A stretch of 45,564 nt of DNA from Candidatus Bathyarchaeia archaeon (GCA_049697135.1 JBAVVE010000136.1:1-45564), one strand, 5' to 3'; counted from the stretch's first letter, positions 1 through 9,355 are shown. Made by a program: numbers and translations. Notes: generated by a model from the letters alone, not told the origin.

Positions 1-594
1 CCCTCACCCCTCATCTACGGAATTGCCATCTTCGGATTCGCAATGATGACCCTCTCCTCCTCGATGACCTACATCTTCGTATGCGTACGACTACTATTCG
101 CATGGTCGTTCGACAGAATCGTACCAACTGCACTGTCGAAGGTTGACTCACGGTACGGCTCACCATACGTTGCCCTAATAGCAGTGTACATCGTCACCAT
201 CATCATGACAGCAATCTGGCTTTGGACACCGTGGACAAGCCTCTTCGCCTACGCAGTATTCGGCTGGATGATCATGCAAGCCATAGGCTCGATCTCAGGC
301 ATGATCTTCCCATGGAAACGCAAAGACATCTTCGAAGCCTCACCCAAGATCGTCAGGATGAAACTCGGCCCCGTTCCATTGATCACAATACTTGGCTTCA
401 TCACATTGATCCTATCGATATGGATCGGATACGCAAGCGTCTCACCAGCGATGGTGGGAACCATAGATCCCTCCACGATGGAGTTCACGATCGGACTCTT
501 CATCCTGGGCATAATCATCTACTACGTTTCGTCGCTATACCACCGCAAGGGAATACCACTCGAACTGTCCTTCAAGCAACTCCCACCAGAGTAG
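1..594 (+). CDS. APC-superfamily amino acid/polyamine permease, C-terminal part (5' end outside window)
   Basis: Frame 1 is open from base 1 (PSPLIYGIAIFGF...) into ORF 43..594. It has several hydrophobic helices and the permease-typical segment VRLLFAWSFDRIVPTALSKVDSRYGSPYVA. Confidence 0.65.
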   Translation, partial: PSPLIYGIAIFGFAMMTLSSSMTYIFVCVRLLFAWSFDRIVPTALSKVDSRYGSPYVALIAVYIVTIIMTAIWLWTPWTSLFAYAVFGWMIMQAIGSISGMIFPWKRKDIFEASPKIVRMKLGPVPLITILGFITLILSIWIGYASVSPAMVGTIDPSTMEFTIGLFILGIIIYYVSSLYHRKGIPLELSFKQLPPE

Positions 595-631
595 ACGTGA
601 AACGACGTCTACTCCGCCCACCATTTTTTTT
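591..631 (+). terminator. Hairpin plus T8 run downstream of the permease gene
   Basis: Perfect 8-bp stem gtagacgt (591-598) / acgtctac (605-612) with loop gaaacg, overlapping the TAG stop. A T8 run follows at 624-631. Oligo-T tracts act as archaeal terminators. Confidence 0.4.
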
Positions 632-662
632 GCAACCACGTGAGAGATAGAGTCGCATCCAT

Positions 663-1619
663 ATGTCCCGCACAAGAGTATTCTACGCAACCGACATCCA
701 CGGATCCGAGGACTGCTTCAGGAAGTTCCTAGCGACCGCCAAAGAGTACAAGCCCAACGTGCTGATCCTAGGCGGAGACATAACCGGAAAAATGATAATC
801 CCAATCGTTGCCCAATCACAAGCAGAATGGACCACCACGCTCCTAGGCGAGCATTTGACAATGCGGAGCGAGGCTGAAGTTCAGGCAATCGAGAAGAAGA
901 TACGCGCCATCGGCTACTACACCCACAGAGCCTCCAAACAAGAAGCAGAGGAACTCCAAGCCGACAAGGACAGAGTCGAAGCCCTCTTCTCAAAACTGAT
1001 GTGCGACTCCATCAGCAGCTGGATCAAGCTAGCAGAGGAACGATTGAAGGGCACCGGAGCGCGGTGCTACATCTCCCCAGGCAACGACGACACATTCGCA
1101 ATCGACCCCATCATACAATCATCTGACTACGTCATCTACCCCGAAGGCAAAGTTGTGAAGATAGACGACCAGCATGAGATGATCAGCTGCGGATACAGCA
1201 ACATGACACCGTGGAAGTGTCCGAGAGACATATCCGAGGAGGAACTGGGCAAGAAGATTGCAGGCATGGCGGGCGAAGTGCAGGTTATGGAACGGTGCGT
1301 CTTCAACCTCCACTGCCCACCACACAATACTATGCTTGACCAGGCACCAAGACTTGACAAGGACCTCAACCCATCCGTGCAGCCAGGAGGAGGATTCGAG
1401 ATGGCGCCTGCAGGAAGCACTGCAGTCCGGGACGCCATCCAGAAGCATCAACCCATGCTGGCCTTGCATGGTCACATTCACGAGTCAAAAGGCACCTTCA
1501 GAATCGGCCGGACACTCTGCATGAATCCAGGCTCGGAGTACGCAGAACGCATCCTGCGAGGCGTGCTCCTAGATATCGACGGCAACCGCGTCAAAGACTT
1601 CATGTTCATCTCAGGTTGA
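663..1619 (+). CDS. Calcineurin-like metallophosphoesterase
   Basis: 318-aa ORF carrying the ordered phosphoesterase motifs: ATDIHGS, ILGGDITGK, SPGNDD, LHGHIHES. Confidence 0.8.
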   Translation: MSRTRVFYATDIHGSEDCFRKFLATAKEYKPNVLILGGDITGKMIIPIVAQSQAEWTTTLLGEHLTMRSEAEVQAIEKKIRAIGYYTHRASKQEAEELQADKDRVEALFSKLMCDSISSWIKLAEERLKGTGARCYISPGNDDTFAIDPIIQSSDYVIYPEGKVVKIDDQHEMISCGYSNMTPWKCPRDISEEELGKKIAGMAGEVQVMERCVFNLHCPPHNTMLDQAPRLDKDLNPSVQPGGGFEMAPAGSTAVRDAIQKHQPMLALHGHIHESKGTFRIGRTLCMNPGSEYAERILRGVLLDIDGNRVKDFMFISG

Positions 1620-1641
1620 AGACGAATAGGATGCCTTCGAC

Positions 1642-2136
1642 ATGCAACGGTATCACCTTCGTCGCTCCGACAAGGCGCTGAGCGATCCGGCAGAGATTGA
1701 GCAAGTCCTCGCGTCGGTAAGGATCATGACGGTTGCTTGCTGTTTGGAGAACGAGCCGTACCTCTTCACGGTCAACTTCACTTGGGAATCCAAGGCACGA
1801 AATCTCTGGTTTCACTGCGCAACCGAAGGGCGCAAGATGCGGACCCTCCAAGCTAACCCACGTGTCTGCGTGACAGTCGTGGAAGATCGAGGGTACATCC
1901 ATGGTGAATGCGACCATGCATACCGTTCACTCATCATTGAAGGAAGCGCGCATGTGGTCACCGACCTTGCGGAGAAGCGTCGTGGACTCGAACTCCTCAC
2001 ACGCAAGCATGAGCGTGACCCAGAAGCCGTTCTTGCCCGCTTCGCAGGAAATGACGAAGCGGTACGCAATGTCGGGATCATGCGAATCTCTGTTGACTCA
2101 ATAAGCGGAAAACAAGGTCCTAAACCGAAGGAATGA
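1642..2136 (+). CDS. Pyridoxamine 5'-phosphate oxidase-family (FMN-binding split-barrel) protein
   Basis: 164 aa. The N-terminus MQRYHLRRSDKALSDPAEIEQVL...MTVACCLENEPYLFTVNF and the length match the Pyridox_ox_2 / general-stress-type PNPOx family. Confidence 0.7.
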   Translation: MQRYHLRRSDKALSDPAEIEQVLASVRIMTVACCLENEPYLFTVNFTWESKARNLWFHCATEGRKMRTLQANPRVCVTVVEDRGYIHGECDHAYRSLIIEGSAHVVTDLAEKRRGLELLTRKHERDPEAVLARFAGNDEAVRNVGIMRISVDSISGKQGPKPKE

Positions 2137-2296
2137 GAACGTAACTCGACTCGATCTGGAAGTGTCTCCAAGCCTGCCGTATCTGTTCCTTGCTGGCTCA
2201 TAACGAAATCCGCGTTGTGACCGCGAGAGCTTGAGGAAAAGCATCATATTTCGTTGGTGACCGTATCAGGGAACCTATTGGAAAATTCGTCGGTCG

Positions 2297-2701
2297 ATGC
2301 GCATGTTGAATCTGGGAATCGTAGTACTGCTAGTACTACTGATAGGTTCGATTATTTCCATACTCTCTAAGAGGTTCAATATCTCGTATGCTAAGCTTCT
2401 CATCGTAGTTGGACTCCTCATATCAATAGTGTATTATGCGCTAGGAAGGCCCCCAGCGGAACCAACTGGGGAGCTCATAATCTCCATCATTCTGCCACCT
2501 CTCATCTTCCAAGCGGCACTCACCATGAACTACAGTGTCTTCAAGAAAGTTCAGAGGCCAGTGATCTTATTGGAGAGACTCAGCTTCCCTCATACTACAC
2601 GAAGAAGGTGCTCCGATAGGCCGTCCAGATTGACAGCATTAGAATTGCGTCCAACATGCACGGAGCAAGTGTGCGGTGTTCCGCGGTCGACGCGCAGATA
2701 G
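2297..2701 (+). pseudogene. N-terminal remnant of a CPA1 (NhaP-type) Na+/H+ antiporter
   Basis: The first ~92 aa resemble an NhaP N-terminus (LGIVVLLVLLIGSIISILSKRFNISYAKLLIVVGLLI...IILPPLIFQAAL...VQRPVILL). The frame then becomes non-membrane, Arg-rich sequence and stops at 134 aa, whereas intact CPA1 proteins are >380 aa. Confidence 0.5.
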
Positions 2702-2755
2702 ATGCAAACCATAAATGAACTGATTCTGATAGGTAGATTGGCGGATGGTTGACGC

Positions 2756-3022
2756 ATGAGTGATGATGTCCGGGTTGAAGATGCCACGACGGCGGAGTTT
2801 GCGGCTAGACGTTATCTTGAGTCACAGCACCCGGGCAAGGCCATCCAAGTCAAGTTCAGCAAGATCTGGTTCGTTGGCGGAAAAGGTAAGGATGTCTGGG
2901 AGGTTGAAGGCATCCTGACGATGAGGAAGGCAGGCTTCATGAAGGAACGAAAGTCATTTCGTTTCCAGATCGACGCAGAGACGGGCGGCGTGATAGGTTT
3001 CGAAACTGTAAGAAAAGAGTAG
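2756..3022 (+). CDS. Small hypothetical protein (weakly PepSY-like)
   Basis: 88-aa ORF of balanced composition. The C-terminal pattern FRFQIDAETGGVIGFE recalls the PepSY-type '...vDa.tG.vi' motif. No stronger assignment is possible. Confidence 0.45.
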   Translation: MSDDVRVEDATTAEFAARRYLESQHPGKAIQVKFSKIWFVGGKGKDVWEVEGILTMRKAGFMKERKSFRFQIDAETGGVIGFETVRKE

Positions 3023-3026
3023 TTTC

Positions 3027-3437
3027 CTATCTGTACATCTTTCTGCGAGTGAGCAGGAAAGCTGCCAATGCGATCACAGTGATCATCGCAGCTAGCAGGA
3101 TCATCCAAGTTGATTCTGGTCCGCTTCCTAGGATTATTGGGATAGGACCTACCAGTATTATTGCGCCTCCACTCGTGGAGCCGCGGCCTTGGGTGAAGGA
3201 AGCAATCATCATCAGAATCATACCGATGAACACCATTGCGAAACTGGCGAAGAGTATCCACGAGAGGCCTATCTGAGACACACTTGTGACTTCTGGTCCT
3301 TCTAAGTGAGCGTTCGGTCCGCAGCTTGCGCAGAGCCACTGTTCCTGTCGGAAGTCTTGCACGCAGACTCGCTTACCACATCTCTTGCAGACGAAGCGTG
3401 CTTCCTGGGTTCCGCAGATGTCACAACGTTGAGACAT
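3027..3437 (-). CDS. DUF131-family membrane protein with N-terminal zinc-ribbon fusion
   Basis: The N-terminus has three Cys pairs (CDICG...CKRCG...CASCG). The C-terminal half matches the DUF131/TIGR00304 core (GGAIILVGPIPIILGSGPES), flanked by two TM helices. Confidence 0.7.
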   Translation of the reverse strand: MSQRCDICGTQEARFVCKRCGKRVCVQDFRQEQWLCASCGPNAHLEGPEVTSVSQIGLSWILFASFAMVFIGMILMMIASFTQGRGSTSGGAIILVGPIPIILGSGPESTWMILLAAMITVIALAAFLLTRRKMYR

Positions 3438-3441
3438 GCCT

Positions 3442-3702
3442 CTACCTCCACACCGTCTGAAGAAACGTGAAAAGCAACGCTGCAGCCATCAGGATGATGG
3501 CGAGCAGGATCAGAGTTCGAGTGGATTCCTTGTCTGTTCCGAAGACTATCGGCAACGGCCCTATCATAATCACTCCTCCGCCACGCGTCGGCCCGGAGCC
3601 TCTTGCGGATCTCAGAACAGCAACGATGACTGCCAATATTCCAATCGCAAATCCAGCAAGAACAAGTAGTAGCCCAATGTTGAAGACGACGTTATCCGTC
3701 AA
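3442..3702 (-). CDS. DUF131-family small membrane protein
   Basis: 86 aa with two TM helices around GGGVIMIGPLPIVFGTDKES. It is a paralog of the downstream gene, and only 4 nt separate the two genes. Confidence 0.7.
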   Translation of the reverse strand: MTDNVVFNIGLLLVLAGFAIGILAVIVAVLRSARGSGPTRGGGVIMIGPLPIVFGTDKESTRTLILLAIILMAAALLFTFLQTVWR

Positions 3703-3850
3703 GCCGCATTCGAGCTTGACAGTTCTGGGACATGATATAGGCTTTCCTCGAATCGACGAATCCCATTTCTTCTTCTCGTCCGGATGTTGGCATTCGCTTG
3801 CGTATACCGAAATATCCTGTCTGTCGTTTTCCTGAGAATTCTTAAGTCAG

Positions 3851-4243
3851 GTGAATGATTTCAGCCGCGACCTGCGGGCGAGAGAATTGGGGAGAGTCAA
3901 AGACGGCTGGCAGCATTTCGCAGAACATGCCAATGAACTAGCGGATGTGAAGCAAATGGTTAGTGGATGGGATAGAGTCGTGCAATTCAACCTCAGCGGA
4001 GAAACCCCATTCTACCTCACCTTCTCCGAGGGGACGATAACCCTCTCTGACGGCCTCCATGACAAGCCGGATCTCACACTGAACGGAACTGAGGACGTCT
4101 TCTACCGCTTGATGACGGGCGAGCTTGACCGAATAAAGGCGTTCATGCTTGGACAGTTCAAGTTTGAAGGACAACTCAAGGATGCAGCCAAGTTTGCCGA
4201 CATAGAGGAAGCAGTCAGAAAGTCAGTCAGGTTTCCGCCGTAG
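3851..4243 (+). CDS. SCP2 (sterol-carrier-protein-2-like) domain protein
   Basis: 130 aa with a GTG start. The pattern VVQFNLSGE...YLTFSEGTITLSDG...PDLTLNGTEDVFYRLMTGELDRIKAFMLGQFKFEGQLKDAAKF is typical of SCP2 domains. Confidence 0.7.
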   Translation: MNDFSRDLRARELGRVKDGWQHFAEHANELADVKQMVSGWDRVVQFNLSGETPFYLTFSEGTITLSDGLHDKPDLTLNGTEDVFYRLMTGELDRIKAFMLGQFKFEGQLKDAAKFADIEEAVRKSVRFPP

Positions 4244-4284
4244 CATTATCGAAGAGCAAGTCGTGTTGTGATGTCAAGCGACAG

Positions 4285-5433
4285 CTATTCGATGATCTCC
4301 CAAGACGCCTGATACTTGTCCAACTCTGACAGACTGTACTCGTCAAGTGGATGTTCGCGTTCCGGAATCTCCACAGACTTCGGCTCGCCGCACAATTCTG
4401 TCGAGAAGTATCTCTGCCCGGTGTCATTGATCATTGTCACGATCGTGCGGAGTTTCGGGTGCTTCCGCGCGATCTTCACCGAAGCTGCAACATTGCATCC
4501 GGAAGAGATACCGCAGAATATGCCTTCAGTGGTTGAGAGACGGCGCGCCATGTTGAGGGCTTCTTCCGAGGTGGTCGTCACAATGCCTGTCAGTTGCTTG
4601 AGATGCAAGTTCCGCGGGACAAAGCCGTCGCCTATTCCCTCAATCTTGTGGGTTCCCCATCTCCGCTTTGAGAGAATTGGCGCCTCAGCAGGTTCAACAG
4701 CGTACAGGAGCACTTTCGGGTTCTTCTTACGAAGGAACTTGCCCACGCCTGTAAGTGTGCCACCTGTTCCTTGGGATGCTACAAAACAGTCCACTTTACC
4801 CTTTGTTTGTTCCCAAATCTCGGGCCCGGTTGTCTTGTAATGAGCGTTGATGTTGTCCAAGTTCGCGAACTGTCCCGGTTCCCAATACTTGTCTGGATTG
4901 TCTCGCTTTAACTCCTCAATCTTCCTGATACTGAGATCAACATCGCTCTCGGCTCCTGGTGTATTGATTATTCTTGCGCCGTACGCTCGAATCAGCTTCA
5001 TCCGTTCTTGGCTCATACCTGACGGAAGAACGATCGTTGCCGGGTAGCCAAGCAACTTTGCAACGAATGCGCATGCGATGCCTGCGTTCCCTGTTGACGC
5101 CTCAAGAATCTCCATACCAGGTTTGAGGTCGCCTCTCTTGATTGCGCGTGTGATCATCTCATGGTAGATTCTGTCCTTCAGGCTGCCTGTAGGGTTCATG
5201 TACTCTAGTTTCGCGAGGATCTTGGTCGAGATCCCCTCTTCTTGTCGGATCTTTCGGAGCTCTACAAGTGGTGTCCTTCCTATGCAACTGAATACGCTGT
5301 CTTGCACGGATTTTATGCGGCCCCATTCAATTGGCATCTCTCGAAACCGATGAGACGATGCTTCAACTTGATTCATTAGTCTTCTGATACGCGAGCAGTG
5401 CAAATGAAAGACCGGGAATCTGAGTGGGATCAC
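4285..5433 (-). CDS. PLP-dependent cysteine synthase / cystathionine beta-synthase family enzyme
   Basis: Motifs present: TPLVEL, EYMNPTGSLKDR (PLP lysine), STGNAGIA, SQGTGGTLTG. The probable start is the internal ATG at 5376 (MNQVEAS...). It has a ~35-aa C-terminal extension beyond the usual RYFST end. Confidence 0.85.
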   Translation of the reverse strand: MIPLRFPVFHLHCSRIRRLMNQVEASSHRFREMPIEWGRIKSVQDSVFSCIGRTPLVELRKIRQEEGISTKILAKLEYMNPTGSLKDRIYHEMITRAIKRGDLKPGMEILEASTGNAGIACAFVAKLLGYPATIVLPSGMSQERMKLIRAYGARIINTPGAESDVDLSIRKIEELKRDNPDKYWEPGQFANLDNINAHYKTTGPEIWEQTKGKVDCFVASQGTGGTLTGVGKFLRKKNPKVLLYAVEPAEAPILSKRRWGTHKIEGIGDGFVPRNLHLKQLTGIVTTTSEEALNMARRLSTTEGIFCGISSGCNVAASVKIARKHPKLRTIVTMINDTGQRYFSTELCGEPKSVEIPEREHPLDEYSLSELDKYQASWEIIE

Positions 5434-5442
5434 GCCGGTTGT

Positions 5443-6273
5443 TTAGTAAACGTCGTAGACTGCGATCTCCCAATAGACGAGAAACGTTGGGTTGGAGGAG
5501 AAGTTGGGCCCTTCGAGAAATATCTCAATCTCCAGACCCATCTCGGCCTTGCCCAGCAAGTCAACAGGCAGACGTTCCAGTGAAGTATAGAGCGTCTTGC
5601 TGTAGTCGTTGCGAAAGTCCCACTGTGTACGGTTCATCACCTTCTGTGGATACATTCCGAATATGCGTACTTCGCTCGTTTCGCCAAGTCGCCTTGGGGG
5701 GAGATAGTAGCCAATAATCCGCGCAACCTCGATTGTGGCGTCTATCTGCTGATTCGCCCCCATTCTGAGGACGATCTTGAGTTGGTTTCCTTTCGCGAGG
5801 AACTGTTGGGAGCGGAGATAATTGACGGGTTTCGCCTCGGTCAGTGTTCCGCTCACTGTGAGCAGGTGTGCCTCACGGTAAGTAGGTATCCACGCAGTTG
5901 TTACCATAGGGATCAGGAGGACGATCAAGACTAGAGCCGCTGTGATCCACGATGACCGAGCCACATCCAAGACCTCCAGAGTCGCCCAGACGTGGAGCGC
6001 ACTGATTCCTATTAAAAGCGCCACCCATCCTGAGAACGAACCGGAACACAGGAGAACGAGAGATGCGGGATCACAAGCGTCATAGACTGATCGAAATCGA
6101 TTGGCCAGAGTCCGGCAAGTGCAAACCACCACCAAAGCCGTCGACTGAGGAATTCGAGGCAGGGATTGATGCTGCTCGTTCCGCGATAGAGCGCTTCCAC
6201 CTGTCACATCTGGCCGTCTATGGCGACCCTGAAAACTTTGCGAATATCGCCTACTTGACAGGTTCTGACCCAC
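5443..6273 (-). CDS. Hypothetical membrane-anchored protein (start uncertain)
   Basis: The ORF is open for 276 codons. It has two TM helices (GWVALLIGISALHVW; ITAALVLIVLLIPMV) followed by a ~150-aa non-repetitive soluble domain. The first ~70 codons overlap the M24 pseudogene in antisense. A GTG at 6024 preceded by AGGA is an alternative start. Confidence 0.5.
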   Translation of the reverse strand: MGQNLSSRRYSQSFQGRHRRPDVTGGSALSRNEQHQSLPRIPQSTALVVVCTCRTLANRFRSVYDACDPASLVLLCSGSFSGWVALLIGISALHVWATLEVLDVARSSWITAALVLIVLLIPMVTTAWIPTYREAHLLTVSGTLTEAKPVNYLRSQQFLAKGNQLKIVLRMGANQQIDATIEVARIIGYYLPPRRLGETSEVRIFGMYPQKVMNRTQWDFRNDYSKTLYTSLERLPVDLLGKAEMGLEIEIFLEGPNFSSNPTFLVYWEIAVYDVY

Positions 6274-6925
6274 GATTCGAATAGTCCGTGCTCGTTATCG
6301 CGAAGCAGGGGGATCCCGTCATCGTTGTGGGAAATGAATGCGCAGGCTGCTAACTGCGAGTCCACTGTACAGAGCAAGGAAGCTTCGTAGCGAGCTCCAC
6401 CAATCCCTCTCACTGCTGGATATGCCGCGGGATAGAAGTCGTCCGATCAAGGAGATCCTCCGGAACAGAGGCATCGAGGAGGGTTCCTCCGTAGGTTGCG
6501 TTGGCTGAAAATACTACTCGGAGTCGGAGCATCCGGATAGCAAACATGCGATTGAGATACCGTCCTTCTCTGTAGATACACTATGCGAATTGGCCGGCAG
6601 AGAGAATGTGACCAATGCAACGAGCATATTCATGAACTCAAACGATGGCCTGAGGACCCACTGTTCTCCGTCTGAGATTGCTTACTTCGAATGCACGAAC
6701 ATCCTGGACTCGGAAGGCGTCAAACGTATGATATTCGGCCTTCGCGAAGGCACGATCGATTACGACTTGGTGAAGCTCGTGGAATGCAACGGAGAACCCG
6801 TGGGTTGTCGCCTGACGTTGGTCACCGCCAAGAACATGGATCGCCCACTATCAGGACTAATTGGTGCCGCAATCCGTCGTGGTAGCCTCCCCATAGCAAC
6901 CACAGGAGCGGCGGCGCATATCTAG
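6063..6925 (+). pseudogene. Degraded M24 (creatinase/Xaa-Pro aminopeptidase-like) peptidase gene
   Basis: The N-terminal-domain similarity (ENFANIAYLTGSDPRFE | SVLVIAKQGDPVIVVGNE) is interrupted by TAG at 6282-6284. A frame change 0->2 occurs near 6350. TGA at 6506-6508 replaces the Trp of VGCVG*KYY. The 3' end is lost under the converging gene at 6857. Confidence 0.6.
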
Positions 6926-9355
6926 TGTGTTCACTATCGCCTGTGAGGCGAACAAGGCTGAGGCGGCCAGACTTGAGAGGACGATCGCTGAGGTTGCGAC
7001 GATCGTCACGATAGCCGGAGCGCCGAGAGCCGTTATGAAAACCGCGGCAGCAAGAGCGCTGAGTAGAACGATCACTATGGGCACTTGGGCTCTTTTAGCT
7101 ATTCGGCGTGTCCTCGAAGAATACGTAAGTACGACTGTCAGTGGTCCGGCCAAGTACACTACGCCTATGAGTGAGCTCACCAGAAGCCCAGATGCAATTG
7201 CACCGGCCTCATGGTTCATTGGGAAGAGGTCGAACACCGAAGCACCGATCCCCAAGATCCCCATGACAGGGTAAAGAACGAACTTCACGCTCGTTCTCAC
7301 AGTCTGGTGTTCTCTGATAAATTGTGCAACCGTTGGGCTGAACAAATAGTAGACGGCGTTGAATGCGACCACGAAGTTCGATCCTAGGTTCGTCCTCATG
7401 ATCGATTTGTCGCGGAAGTTTCTGAGGAACTGAACTTGATCAGTGAGTTCAGACCCATAAGTGGCGGTGGCAATCAGACATGGTCCCCCACCCGCAATCT
7501 GAACTGTGAGTGTCGTGCTATGAGTCAGCGATTCACTGCTTCCTGTGATAGCGAGCGTGTAAGTTCCTGTGGGCGCGCCTGACACTCTGACGGTGACGGT
7601 TGAAGACGCCGTTCCGCCTATCAGCGGTGTCACGGGATTCCTTTCAAACAGTAGTGTCATGTCGTCTGGCGCACCAGAACTCGTCAGGTTTACGGATGAA
7701 AAGAACACTCCAAGCGATTGGACCATGATGGTCGAAGCGGCAGACCCCCCTGGAGGAATAGATAGATATGATGGGGAAACTGTAATCGCGAAGTCAGCTA
7801 CCCCGGCAGCGATCGTGACCTCCAGATCCGCACTGCGGATCAGTGAGCCGCTCGTTCCGGTCACTCGAAACGTGAACATCCCGACTGAAGCTCCGGGACC
7901 GGCCGAAATGATCAGGGTTGATGATACTCCTCTACCAGGGGGAGGAGTTATGGGAGTTGGAAGCGTGTAAGCGACGCCTCTTGGTTCCGTTCCCAACCAT
8001 GAACCTGCAAGCTCAACGGCTGAGGCAAAACCATCAATCGAGGTCACCGTACATGTGCTCGTTCCGTTAGCACTTTGCACGACAGTCAATGATGACGGAT
8101 CGCACTCGATGACAAAGTCCGACATCATTGAAAGTCTTGCCACCTTGTTAGCTGAAGACTCAAGTATCCACACGTCACCTGATGCGTCGACTACAACGTC
8201 GTGAGGTCGACTTCCAGTCGCCAATGTCCATTCGACAAACTGCTCGTTACTCAACATCTCGAGTCTACTGGACGCTGGAGCGACCACGACAGTTGACGGT
8301 AGGATCGGACCGGCTACGTGGGTAAAAAGCGCTCCTGTCGCGGGTTCAAATCGGGTGGCGGTCGGCCGCGAACTCGTAACGATTCCGCCACTAGACGGAT
8401 CAAGCTTTGCGATCTTGTCTTCCCCATATTCTGAAACCCAAGGGTTCTGCGTCACTGGATTGATGCTGACGCCTCGGACATCAGCGCCGATTGTCGGAAC
8501 TCGCCACTCCGTGAAAGTGTTGTCACTCCGCAATACCCCGACGTAGTTGTTGGTGCTGGTTGACCCGGGGCTTGTTGAAATGTACCAGACTTGACCCAAA
8601 GTGTCTACATCAAGAGAGGCAGTCTGAGTTGAAGGATGGGACGGGATGGCCCAAGTGGTAAACTGACTTGCGGCTCTATCCCATTTGACAATTGCACTGA
8701 TGCCGGCGAACCAGATGATTCCTGAACTTGCATAGACCCCCTTGGCTCCGCCACCCGCAGCCGCCGGAAGCGTCAGTTCATACACTCTGGCGGTGCCTGT
8801 GTTAGGATCGTAGACAATCTCGGCTATCGAATTTCCCTCAAGCTTGGTGGACCATGCTCTGATCTGCGTCCCAGTGGGCTCAACCGAAATGTGCTGTGGG
8901 CCTGAATCTGTGGGCAGTGTGTATTCCTTGAACTTGCCCGTACTTGGGAAGAAGAGAAACACCTTGTTCTTGGCGGATTCTGTGCCTAGAACTGCTAGCG
9001 ATCCTGATATCGTTGTCAGCGCCAAGCTCGTGGGTTTTGAGTCTGGCGTGGGGATGGCCCATTCCCGAAGGGTGTTGTCCGCTGGGTCTAGGTGGGCTAC
9101 CTTGTTGCCGGATGATTCCACGAACCAGCAGCAGTTCCCGGATGGATCCAGTGCCAGACCGGTCGGTAGGCTGCCGGCAGTCGGAATGGTCCATTCGGTG
9201 AGCGTGGCGGTCACATCATCAAGACCATAGGCTACTCGCGTGGTAGGAGTCACAACAATCAGCAGAGACGCAAGCATCAGGAGAAGCAGGAAGACGCCTA
9301 CAGGCTTGCCAGAAAATGAACGCCTCGTTCGAGACATCATGTTCGCCACCGCCAT
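6857..9355 (-). CDS. Large secreted surface protein: Vgb-like beta-propeller + two Ig-like domains + Cys-motif membrane-anchor module
   Basis: Signal peptide: KPVGVFLLLLMLASLLIVV...AYG. Repeats of ~45 aa begin TEWTIPT / REWAIPT / KEYTLPT / TTWAIPS / TEWRVPT / VEWTLAT (COG4257 streptogramin-lyase-like propeller). Two Ig-like beta-sandwich segments follow, then GGGPCLIATATYGSELTDQVQFLRNFRD and several TM helices. Confidence 0.8.
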   Translation of the reverse strand: MAVANMMSRTRRSFSGKPVGVFLLLLMLASLLIVVTPTTRVAYGLDDVTATLTEWTIPTAGSLPTGLALDPSGNCCWFVESSGNKVAHLDPADNTLREWAIPTPDSKPTSLALTTISGSLAVLGTESAKNKVFLFFPSTGKFKEYTLPTDSGPQHISVEPTGTQIRAWSTKLEGNSIAEIVYDPNTGTARVYELTLPAAAGGGAKGVYASSGIIWFAGISAIVKWDRAASQFTTWAIPSHPSTQTASLDVDTLGQVWYISTSPGSTSTNNYVGVLRSDNTFTEWRVPTIGADVRGVSINPVTQNPWVSEYGEDKIAKLDPSSGGIVTSSRPTATRFEPATGALFTHVAGPILPSTVVVAPASSRLEMLSNEQFVEWTLATGSRPHDVVVDASGDVWILESSANKVARLSMMSDFVIECDPSSLTVVQSANGTSTCTVTSIDGFASAVELAGSWLGTEPRGVAYTLPTPITPPPGRGVSSTLIISAGPGASVGMFTFRVTGTSGSLIRSADLEVTIAAGVADFAITVSPSYLSIPPGGSAASTIMVQSLGVFFSSVNLTSSGAPDDMTLLFERNPVTPLIGGTASSTVTVRVSGAPTGTYTLAITGSSESLTHSTTLTVQIAGGGPCLIATATYGSELTDQVQFLRNFRDKSIMRTNLGSNFVVAFNAVYYLFSPTVAQFIREHQTVRTSVKFVLYPVMGILGIGASVFDLFPMNHEAGAIASGLLVSSLIGVVYLAGPLTVVLTYSSRTRRIAKRAQVPIVIVLLSALAAAVFITALGAPAIVTIVATSAIVLSSLAASALFASQAIVNTLDMRRRSCGCYGEATTTDCGTN

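Noticed and set aside
2812-3339. 175-aa minus-strand ORF spanning the 2756-3022 gene and the DUF131 fusion gene in another frame
   Set aside because: It overlaps two better-supported genes, is Arg-rich with irregular composition, and has no motifs.
6282-6284. In-frame TAG (also at 35181-35183) as possible pyrrolysine or stop-codon recoding
   Set aside because: Many well-supported genes in the window terminate at TAG. The M24 gene also carries a TGA-for-Trp change, a frameshift and a truncation, and TAG there is one step from the expected GAG. Ordinary nonsense mutations explain both cases. No pyl genes are present in the window.
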